A DNA stretch of 13,904 nt from Octopus sinensis (lineage: Eukaryota). The notes below the pieces were generated by a model. It was not told the DNA's origin. It ran no database searches and was given only the letters and a program-made list of their open reading frames with translations. Below are positions 1 through 9,020 of this stretch, piece after piece. The position numbers were made by a program, and so were the translations under genes. Numbering within the stretch: the first letter of the stretch is position 1; each line of letters starts with the position of its first letter. The stretch is from positions 1 through 13,904 of the forward strand of contig NW_021825988.1 in the NCBI RefSeq assembly GCF_006345805.1, given 5' to 3'.

Positions 1-3
1 GGC

Positions 4-26
4 CTGAAATAAAAGATAATCGTTAA
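4..26 (-). other. Candidate 3' splice site (branch point, pyrimidine tract, CAG); the exon would begin at position 3 and run off the window
   Basis: Minus strand reads ttaacgattatcttttatttcag|GCC, with a YTRAY-like branch motif about 20 nt upstream of the AG. Confidence 0.35.
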
Positions 27-787
27 TATATATACACACACACACACACGTAGCAAAACCTGGACAGTGAGTTTGTTGTATTTATGGCTAGTCGCGGAAA
101 TATGTCAGCGGGTCTCGTTGAAAAATATTGAGCGAAAAGAGAATGACCTATATCGCTGTCCCTTCTATAACAAGTGACTGCTGCCACGGCTAGCGTGGCC
201 TACTATAGGAACCGTTGAGGGTGTCAGAAATACCTAACCTAGGTTTTTGCCTTCCTAGGAAGCTGATAACATCGTTCATAGCGTGTGGAGTTTAGCTAGT
301 AAAATGTCGGCTGTAACTCTCTGATTCTTTCTCTCCCTCTCTCTCTATCTCTATTCTGTCTCTTTCGTTCGTTTATAAATTTTCTGAGTCCATCCATCAT
401 TTAGTTTGTCAGTCTTTCTATCTGTGTGTCTATCGTCTGTCTGTACAAAAATGGTCGTCTGCTTATTAATGATATTATTGTGGCGGGTAGGCGTGATTGT
501 GTTTGTGAGAATACACACACACGTTATATATTGAGTTGTCATGTAAATTCGTTCGTTTCTTTCCAAAGTCGTGTAGACAAGACACGGCGATTTCCTGCTA
601 AGACAGTGGAACGTTAGAAAGAAGTTATGAATGATGAAGGGAAATATATTATTGACTGATTTGTGAAAATTGTTGATAGAAAATGAGTTAAAATAAATGG
701 TAGAAAACGATCGAATTTCTATGACAACACAATACGTTAATATATACATACACTCACACACATATGCATACATACATACATACATAC

Positions 788-862
788 ATTCAGATATTGA
801 CGACACAGAGCTTGACGAAGCAACAACTGAGCAACAACTTCGAAGTTACTGTCAGCCTTTTC
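788..862 (-). CDS. Candidate 75-nt internal coding exon (phase 0/0), EKADSNFEVVAQLLLRQALCRQYLN, of an unidentified minus-strand gene
   Basis: Unique-sequence island between microsatellites. On the minus strand it reads tttttttataag|GAAAAG...CTGAAT|gtatgt. Length is divisible by 3 and only one of three frames is open. The AAG acceptor is suboptimal and I do not recognise the peptide. Confidence 0.35.
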
Positions 863-1732
863 CTTATAAAAAAATATGCACACACACACACATACATAAA
901 GACTCGCTGTTTCTCCTTCTCTCTCTCTTTCTCTTTCTGTCTCTCACACACACAACATGCACATTCTGTGTGTGTGTGTCTCTCTCACACTCACACACAC
1001 ACTCTACCTCAAACGCATGCACACATTTTATATGTACGTATGTGCGTTGCTGGTTGATTGCGTGTGTATATATCTGCCTAACTTTCTCTTTCTATCTTTC
1101 TATTTTTGTGTGTGTGTGCGTGTTTGAATATAAGTGTATGAGAATATCTATCTATGTTAAGGAGAACAGACGCGTACACCAGGAACAAGCAGAAATATAG
1201 CCATGCGCACTCAAATATATACGCATCAGTACGTCCACAGAATATATTTTATATATTATTCAATGCATATACAAACACACAAGCATACATATATATATAT
1301 ATGTGTGTGTGTGTGTGAATTCGTTAAACATGTCTGTATGTTTCTATGTGTGTGAATATTCATAAACACGTGTGTATGTGTGTGTGTGCACACACACACT
1401 ACTTGTCCTGTCTCACACACTTCAAATTAGCCCCCTACTTGGAACCCGGAAGGTCAACGTCGTGTTAGATGGGTATATTTAAGCACAGCGTATCCCAAAT
1501 CACTCCGCAAAAGCATGCTAGGTACGTAGATAAGCTTATGGGGGAACTATTTTCAAAGAACCCCCAACGATAGTCTCTATATTAAGCAAAGACATGCAGA
1601 CGACCTATATTAGTGAAATCACCTCCAAACAACTGCTGACACTATTGCCGTTATTTATATACTCCGCGAGAAAAAAGGCCCATCTTTCAACTGTTATCTT
1701 TTTTATAAAATTGTCAACATGTTTCTCCATAG

Positions 1733-1844
1733 TGCTGGTATAAATAGACAATAAGTGAGATTTCTTATAGGTTGCTAAAAATGTTAGAAGTAACAGCTAA
1801 ATTTCCACCCAAATCCTACCTTGAATTTTTTTAAAAACAGAAGC
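1733..1844. repeat. 112-bp segment bracketed by a 9-bp direct repeat (possible truncated retroposon with TSD)
   Basis: tctccatag at 1724-1732 and 1845-1853. The internal aagtaacagctaaat resembles aaataacagccaaat near 4847-4860. Confidence 0.3.
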
Positions 1845-2049
1845 TCTCCATAGCATAGTTGTGTTAGTCCCATATATATGTGTGAGTGTGGGAGAGAAAG
1901 AGAGAGAGAGTGTGCGTGTGTGTGTGTGTGTGGCCATGGCTAGAACGTCTAAAAGACCAGATTAGACTAGACCAGTGCTTTCGCCAGCTTAGCCAAAATT
2001 CATATTCCCAACAGATTTTATACCTATAAGTAAAACTATAAAAAGGTTA

Positions 2050-2404
2050 TATTTATATAAATATATATATATATACATATGTATATGTATAGATATGTAT
2101 AAAATATAGCATATGCTATATTTTATGCTATATTTTATTTATATTATGTTATGTATATATGTAAATATATATATAATGTATGTATATAAATATGTATATG
2201 TGTAAATATATATATATAATGTATATATGTATGTATATATATATATGTATGTATACATATATGTATATATATATAATATATGCATATATATTTATATATA
2301 TACACATGTATGTATCCTTATGCACATATATGCATATATATATATATATATATGCATAGATTGATGGAGTAATTATAAACCTGGGATATATATCTATATA
2401 TCTA

Positions 2405-2441
<37 letters not shown>

Positions 2442-2640
2442 GCATACATACATAAAAATACATTTACATATACAAATATGAGTGTGTGAGTATGTGTCTA
2501 CGTGTATGAATATGAATAAGTATGTGTGTGTCTATGTATACACACACAAACACACACACACACACACATGTATATATGCATATATCTATGCACATTCTAT
2601 ATAAAAGATACATATATATAATAATTCTGTAATATATTAT
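2050..2640. repeat. Compound (TA)n/(TATG)n/(CA)n microsatellite block
   Basis: Seen directly. Confidence 0.95.
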
Positions 2641-2877
2641 TAAATGTAAACTCAGGTTATTGCCATTTCAAAGCTTCTTTAAGAACAACAATAAAGCATA
2701 TATTCATGTGAAGCTGGAGGTAAAGATGGTGTGGCGTATGTAGACTCAATTATACGAATTTATTGCAAAACTCAGGAAGACACGGGGAGTTTTCAACGCT
2801 CGTCTTCTTCAGCTTCTTTAGTTGAATAAGTCAACAGGCGGATTGCAAGTCTCACTCAACTGCATTGGAACATATTC

Positions 2878-2911
2878 CACACACACACACGCACGTATAT
2901 ATGTATGCATT

Positions 2912-2968
<57 letters not shown>

Positions 2969-3411
2969 CATTATATATATATTACATATATACATAATAT
3001 AATATAAATAAAATATAGCATATATATATATATATACATTATAGATATATATATATTCACATGCACTCGCGTATATATGTATGTGTGTATATATATATGT
3101 ATATATATATATCTATATATATATGTATATGTATATATATGTAGATTATTTTTTTGTATATATATATGTATATGTATTTATATGTATATATATGTATATA
3201 TGCATATATATGTATAGATATATATATCTACTATATATATGTATATGTATATATATGTAGATATATTTTTTGTATATATATATGTTAGTATTTATATGTA
3301 GATCTATGTATATATGCATATATATGTATATATATGTATATATATGTATATATGCATATATATGTATATATATATACATATATGTGTGTGTGTGTGTGTG
3401 TATATATATGC

Positions 3412-3457
<46 letters not shown>

Positions 3458-3615
3458 ATGAATATTAATATACACACACACACGTGTGTGTGTGTGTGTG
3501 TGTATTTGAATGTTTCTATATGTAATGTTGTACATATATGATTACGTACATACATATTCACATATGTTTGTGTGCGTGTGTATATATTCATATAATACAC
3601 ACACACATACACACG
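2878..3615. repeat. Compound (TA)n/(TATATG)n/(TG)n/(CA)n microsatellite block with an internal ~116-bp duplication
   Basis: Seen directly. The gtagat..ttttttgtatatatatatg motif recurs at 3141 and 3257. Confidence 0.95.
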
Positions 3616-3709
3616 TTTTGTGTTAAGTTTCTGTTATAATAAAAACAGTTAGGAATTTGTTTTGAAAGCTCCTTGGTGTGATATACTGCGTTGAATCTCA
3701 TATTGTCAT

Positions 3710-3793
3710 ACCTGGAGATGGTGATATTTAGCCAATTAAACACACTCACTAACAGTGCGTGTGTTTAATTGACAAATATCACCACCCCCAAGT
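3710..3793 (-). ncRNA. Candidate pri/pre-miRNA-like hairpin
   Basis: Core arms 3720-3750 and 3754-3783, plus 10 further basal pairs (3710-3719 with 3784-3793). On the minus strand it has about 40 bp with 4 G.U pairs, one G.A mismatch and one bulge. Confidence 0.35.
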
Positions 3794-3890
3794 CTAACAA
3801 TATATATATGTATATACATATATATACCTACATAAATATATACATGTATATACCTACATACATATATATATATGTGTGTGTGTGTGTGTG

Positions 3891-3934
<44 letters not shown>

Positions 3935-3943
3935 ATGTGTAAA

Positions 3944-4114
3944 GGGACCTGGCTGTGTGGTAAGAAGGTTGCTTCCCAACCGCATATTTCTGGGTTCAGT
4001 CCCACTGCGTGGTATTGGGCAAGTGTCTTCTGCAAGAGCCTTGGGCCGACCAAAGCCTTATGAATGGATTTGGTAGATGGAAACTGAAAGAAGCCGTCGT
4101 ATATATATAATATA

Positions 4115-4145
<31 letters not shown>

Positions 4146-4330
4146 GTATATGTATATATTTGTGTGTCGTGTGTGTACCACCAACATCGCTTGACAACCC
4201 CCGTAACATAGCGGTTCGGCAAAAGAGACCAGTAGAATAAGTACTAGGTTTACAAAGAATAAGTCCTGGGTCGATTTCTTCGGCTAAAGATGGTGCACCA
4301 GCATGACCGCAGTGAAATGATTGAAAAATA
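3944..4330 (+). mobile_element. tRNA-derived CORE-type SINE (head, internal microsatellite, 3' tail)
   Basis: A-box-like TGGCTGTGTGG at 3950-3960 and B-box-like GGTTCAGTCCC at 3993-4003. CORE-like ttgggcaagtgtcttc follows, then a (TA)n/(TG)n spacer at ~4100-4175. The tail cgcttgacaacc...cggcaaaagagacc..tagaataagtact...ggtgcaccagcatgaccgcag recurs elsewhere in the window. Confidence 0.85.
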
Positions 4331-4500
4331 CGAACGTTTTTATATATATTGGCATGTGTATTAGTATGTACATATATGTGTGTGTGTTTGTGTGAGTGTG
4401 TGTGTCTATATGTGTGTGTGTTGTGTGAGTGTGTGAGTGTGTGAGTGTGTGTGTGTTTGTGTGAGTGTGTTTGTGTGTGTGTCTATCCGTGTGTGTGTCT

Positions 4501-4672
4501 ATCGCTTGACAACCGATGTTGGTGTGTTTACCTGTAACTTAGTGGTTCGGCAAAAGAGACCGATAGAATAAGTACTAGTCTTACAAAGAATGTCCTTGGG
4601 TGGATTTATTCGACTAAAAGGCAGTGCTCCAGTATGGTCGCAGTTAAATGACTGAAACAGATAAAAGAGAAT
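4501..4672 (+). mobile_element. Second SINE 3' tail module, preceded by a (TG)n tract
   Basis: Aligns with 4186-4330 (cgcttgacaacc...ggttcggcaaaagagaccgatagaataagtactag...gcagtgctccagtatggtcgcag...actgaaacag). Confidence 0.85.
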
Positions 4673-5277
4673 AGACGGGAATACACACATACACAGACAT
4701 CTCTATATAACAGTTAGGTAATCACCCAGTATGATAGAGAGAAGAAAACGAAGCTACGTTGGACGAATAACGTTCTTGTAATTACTAATGCACTTCAAGT
4801 CAACAAGGTGGAAACCCTACCTGGTCCTTTTCTGTGATGCACATGAAATAACAGCCAAATCGAGGTCGATTTGCATTTGTAGTGATATGGGAAAGACGAT
4901 TTGGATTTAGCAGAGGATGGTCGTGAGTGGAAAATAGGTTGCTGTTTTAAGAAAAAAGTCTGGTATTGTTTAAGTTACATAATCTAGATGTGGTTTGAAG
5001 CAATATGAATAAGTGTGTGTGTGTGTGTGTTTGTATGTATATTGTGTGAATGCTGCTGCGATATCACATAATTACGAAACAGCTGTAAACGAAAGGAATA
5101 AACATGAGTTCTTTCACTTTATTTGTCTTGTAGGTTTTATTTATATACATTCTCTCCACCATTTTAACTCCTGGACTTTCTAAGCGACGTGAAGGTTTAT
5201 CCTAACCTTATGTATGTCGTATGTATGTATGTTAGCATTTGTGTGTGTGTACGTGTCGGCGCGTGCGCGTGCATTTA

Positions 5278-5793
5278 TCTATATATATAAAACTGTAGTT
5301 GTGTGAGTGTCTGTCTCCTTCGATTTAGATTCCTAACTACTCCCACATTTTGCGGTGCAGTTTAACCAAATTCGGGTATCTTATAGTCGTGATTCATATC
5401 GAGCCCGTCTGAGTATTAGCGCGCGTCTACGATGAGTCTACGATTTTAAAAATAATTTAACATCATTTTTTATTCCATTTTAATGCATAATTTTTCGTGT
5501 GTCGATGGCGGCGGAGTTGGCGTCCATGGTTACACCTGCACCTGTTTGCTTCTCTCCCCCTTCTTCCCTCCCTCGTGAAGCTGTGGGGAAGGGATGTAAG
5601 GAAATCAACGTCGTAAAGCGTTGTCAAGGAGACCAGCGTTCTTTTAGAACAACGACGACTTCATGGCTTGAAGACACCAAAACAGAAATGGCTAAGAAAG
5701 CCGAATTGGCATCTATAAGGGAAGTAACTCGCTAAAAATGCTTATATAGTTATTTCCCTTACAAACCCGAGCAACGCCGGGCGATACTGCTAG
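5278..5793 (+). mobile_element. Complete non-autonomous Helitron (516 bp)
   Basis: Starts TC (tctatatatataaaactg) after A5277 and ends CTAG (5790-5793) before T5794. A GC-rich subterminal hairpin cccgagcaacgccggg lies at 5766-5781, 8 nt before CTAG. There is no TSD. These are the canonical Helitron hallmarks. Confidence 0.88.
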
Positions 5794-6113
5794 TATATAT
5801 ATATTATGATATATGGACTCATGCATTGGTTTCTATAACTTCCGAAAGTTGAAGTATGACCCTTTATGCTTCTTTTTCCTGTCTCTTTCCATACCTTATT
5901 CTTTTGCTCCCTTCCTCTATGTTGTCATCTTGTTGATATATACCTTTCTCATTTTCCATATTTTTTCCTTTCTCTCTCTCTGATGACGGAATATCCCATA
6001 CTCGGGAATATCCCAGAAACGGCATTATGATTTTGAATTTCTTCCTATAATAATATTGTAAATGGCCTTGAGATATTTGCGTTGCCTTAATGTTTGCCGT
6101 CCTGTCTAACAAT

Positions 6114-6197
6114 CATGTGCGTGCGTGCGCGCGCGCGCGTGTGTGTGTGTGTGTGTGTATGTGTGTATGTGTGTGTGTATGTGTGTGTGTGTGTATA
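6114..6197. repeat. (GTGC)n(GC)n(GT)n alternating purine-pyrimidine tract
   Basis: Seen directly. Confidence 0.95.
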
Positions 6198-6420
6198 ATT
6201 AATGAAAAAAACGTGGGTAAAAAAGACAAGAAAAAACAACGCGAGGACGTTTTACATGCAAAATATTAATAAGACGCTCAGAGAGGGAAAGAATAGGTGG
6301 TTGTTTTGCGTTTCAAGCGAAGCTGTTCTTCGGAAGTAGGAGACATAGGAAAGTCCAAAAGAAAAGGAAGAAGGAGGAAAGAAATCTCCAACAGTCCACG
6401 TGAAGTTACATTTTGGAACA

Positions 6421-6642
<222 letters not shown>

Positions 6643-6699
6643 TTATAATTAGACCACTAAGTGAACATTTATTTAGTGGTCATCTCTCTTATATGTATT

Positions 6700-6975
6700 T
6701 TTTTTTTATTCATTTCATCTAGTTTCAGCTTACGAGCTGTGTCCATGCTGGGGCACCGCCATTCGGTGTTGCTATATGATTTTACTTCACGAATGCCTTT
6801 TAGCAATTGACATTTGGTGCATGAGAGAGTTCGATGCAGCTGCCCTCATCTGCACCTCCTGCCGTGAAGTTGGTTCATCTGGGACACCTGACAGGAAGAG
6901 GTCTAGCTTTATTTTAAAGACATCTGCATCCACCCCAAGCAGGTCTCTCAGGTCCTTCGGGGGGATATTGAAGTA
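6700..6975 (-). mobile_element. 5'-truncated CR1/L2-group LINE 3' end (ORF2 C-terminus, short 3'UTR, tail)
   Basis: Minus frame 6972-6787 reads FNIPPKDLRDLLGVDADVFKIKLDLFLSGVPDEPTSRQEVQMRAAASNSLMHQMSIAKRHS*. This matches the FNxLP..FKxxLDxFL..VPDxP..AxSNSL pattern of CR1/L2-group ORF2 C-termini. It ends in ggcggtgccccagcatggacacag...tgaaact and an A-rich tail. Confidence 0.82.
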
Positions 6976-7094
6976 ATTTCAGAGACAGAACCACCATCTC
7001 AATCAACATCGAAAGATTTTATACCCGACCACTCTATAAAATGTAAAAATTAAATGCTATACTAACTATATCTATACTGAATCCTGTATATATA

Positions 7095-7325
7095 TATTTC
7101 TTTACTACCCACAAGGGGCTAAACACAGAGGGGACAAACAAGGAGAGACAAAGGGATTAAGTCGATTATATCGACCCCAGTGCGTAACTGGTACTTAATT
7201 TATCGACCCCGAAAGGATGAAAGGCAAAGTCGACCTCGGCGGAATTTGAACCCAGAACGTAACGGCAGACGAAATACGGCTTCGCATTTCGCCCGGCGTG
7301 CTAACGTTTCTGCCAGCTCGCCGCC
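7095..7325 (-). mobile_element. Full-length tRNA-derived SINE, copy 1 (central gcctttcatcctttcggggtcgataaa domain, probably Meta-type)
   Basis: Reverse complement starts ggcggcgagctggcagaaacg and has an intact B-box-like GGTTCAAATTCC (plus 7241-7253). It is near-identical to 10081-10319 and flanked by (TA)n. Confidence 0.92.
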
Positions 7326-7336
7326 TATATATATAT

Positions 7337-7662
7337 TAATCATTACTGTCTGGTCGAGCTCGCTTGGACATTATTAACCTACCATCCATCTCGGTCCTTT
7401 ATTATTTGAAGGGTGTCCTCGAGAAGGCATCCAGTGTTTCTGGTAAGTTGATCCACTAAATACGTTGTGTGCTGACCACCTGCTCGAGTACGGTCATGCT
7501 TTGACATCCATAGCAGTAGGTCGCTTTACAGCTCTTGTTGAGTGCAAGCTGCACTCAATGTCACTCAATGTGCAAGCACCTTTCTCTTATAATGGCGGAA
7601 ACAGGCAGATTTCCTTACAGCTGTTTCTTGGTGGGATTAGTTTTCCAAGTTATGCTTACATT
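7337..7662 (-). mobile_element. Decayed RTE-group LINE 3' end
   Basis: Minus-strand pieces NVSITWKTNPTKKQL*GNLPVSAIIRER, SDLLLWMSKHDRTRAGGQHTTYL.DQLTRNTGC and KDRDGW..NNVQASSTR. These parallel the C-terminus of the better-preserved RTE copy at 9021-9465. Stops and frameshifts are present. Confidence 0.7.
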
Positions 7663-7734
7663 CAGGTGTTAGCGTCTTTTCTAGCTTTGATTCCAGTTCT
7701 TTTTTTTTTCTGATATGCGCCCAGGCTGTTGCTC

Positions 7735-7865
7735 CATGTCTCCGTAATCTAGCGCTTCGACACAAACGGTCGATAGAATAAGTACGCATACGCATACACA
7801 AAAAATATTTCTTAGGGCAGTGCCCCACCATGGCCACAGTCTAATGACCGAAACAAGCAAAAGGA
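7735..7865 (+). mobile_element. Degenerate SINE 3' tail fragment
   Basis: gtcgatagaataagtac...ggcagtgccccaccatggccacagtctaatgaccgaaacaag matches the other tails. Confidence 0.7.
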
Positions 7866-8396
7866 TGTAAAAATAATAAATGTACAAAATGATGAGTGAA
7901 AGAGATTATAAATGGAGTGTTGAGGTAGATTTGTAATTGATGGAATGCGGGTAGGAGAGAGAGAGAGAAATAGATGAGAAAGAAAGAGAGAGAACGTTGC
8001 GATGGGACGAGGAAGGTGCGAGAGGAAACTTTCCCTGAAAAAGATGAGGGATGTTGGTAGGGCAGCTAAGCTTAGAGCTGCTTTCGCTTGCCAGACACGG
8101 TCGAATGCTTTTGCTGCTGTCAAGAGAAACAACATGCTTTCACTGAAATTCTCAAGGGTGAAGTGCCACTGGAGTGTGACGAAGGGCAGCAATTAAACGA
8201 GGAGAAGTCTGGCTCTATACAAAAACCTGAACTGGTGGATACTGTCAAGGAAGCCAACAGATTGATGCGATAAACAAGACGGTTGTTTATGACGTGTTTT
8301 TCATTCGCAGCTGGAGTCATTCCACCATCTCTTAAGCTGATAATGCCATTGAAAACAGCATAAAAGCCACCGGTTCTCATTTCAGATATATATTGT

Positions 8397-8535
8397 CTTT
8401 TATCTTTTATTTGTTTCATTCATTAGACTGCGGCCATGCTGGGGCACCGTCTTGAAGATTTTTCAGTCGAACGAGTCGACCTCAGTACATGTCTTTTTAG
8501 GGCAACTTATTGAATCAGTTGCTTTTGCCGATACA
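8397..8535 (-). mobile_element. SINE 3' tail fragment, reverse orientation
   Basis: Reverse complement reads cggcaaaagc...gaggtcgactcgttcgact...ggtgccccagcatggccgcagtctaatgaatgaaacaaataaaagataaaa. Confidence 0.75.
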
Positions 8536-8537
8536 AT

Positions 8538-8585
<48 letters not shown>

Positions 8586-8593
8586 CTATCATT

Positions 8594-8666
8594 CTCTTTT
8601 GCCGAACTTGCTTACCAACCACATGGTACCGGGTTCAGTCGCACTGCGTGGCACCTTGGGCGAGTG
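8594..8666. mobile_element. Junction of an inverted SINE-tail piece (8594-8607) and a forward CORE-SINE head piece (8608-8666)
   Basis: ctcttttgccgaac is the reverse complement of the tail. It is followed directly by ttgcttaccaaccacatggtaccgggttcagtcgcactgcgtggcaccttgggcgagtg, which matches 3969-4025. Confidence 0.7.
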
Positions 8667-9020
8667 CGCAATATATCTCGGGTTGTGTATCCTCTGAGAG
8701 ACTTTTGTGTTATGGGTGTTGTTAGCAAGGTAGGCTATCTGAACAGCATAGCATGTCTGAGAGGGTCACTATGATTAGCAATGATCCCACGATAGGGTCA
8801 TGTGGGACACCAGTCATTATTTGTGTTACCTTGGAGATGACTCCGTTGGCCACCGTTGGTCCCGTACTCATTCAAACGTACTTATTCAAACACACAGATA
8901 AACACAGAGTCACATATACATAACAGAATAACACACACAATGTCAAAGACCACCACTACTTGACCTCTATATTTTAGAAAGTCATGTAGCCATTCTCCGA
9001 GTTGTCGAGCTATGCCAAGA

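Noticed and set aside
2655-2870. Possible exons in the unique island (plus LLPFQSFFKNNNKAYIHVKLE|gtaaag; minus LHMNICFIVVLKEALKWQ*)
   Set aside because: Candidates on the two strands conflict, acceptors or stops are problematic, and no peptide is recognisable.
3950-4005. tRNA gene from A/B boxes (also 7240-7325 and 10081-10175)
   Set aside because: No complete cloverleaf. The boxes continue into SINE bodies.
351-4209. ORFs rich in YI/CV/HT dipeptides (e.g. 351-806, 697-1200, 2149-2463, 3146-3535, 3736-4209)
   Set aside because: They are stop-free translations of (TA)n/(TG)n/(CA)n microsatellites or SINE sequence, not genes.
5499-5735. 78-aa ORF MSMAAELAS...
   Set aside because: It lies wholly inside the non-autonomous Helitron and has no Rep/helicase or other recognisable motif.
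6318-6404. Basic peptide RSCSSEVGDIGKSKRKGRRRKEISNSPRE
   Set aside because: Purine-rich low complexity explains the composition, and there is no good donor site.
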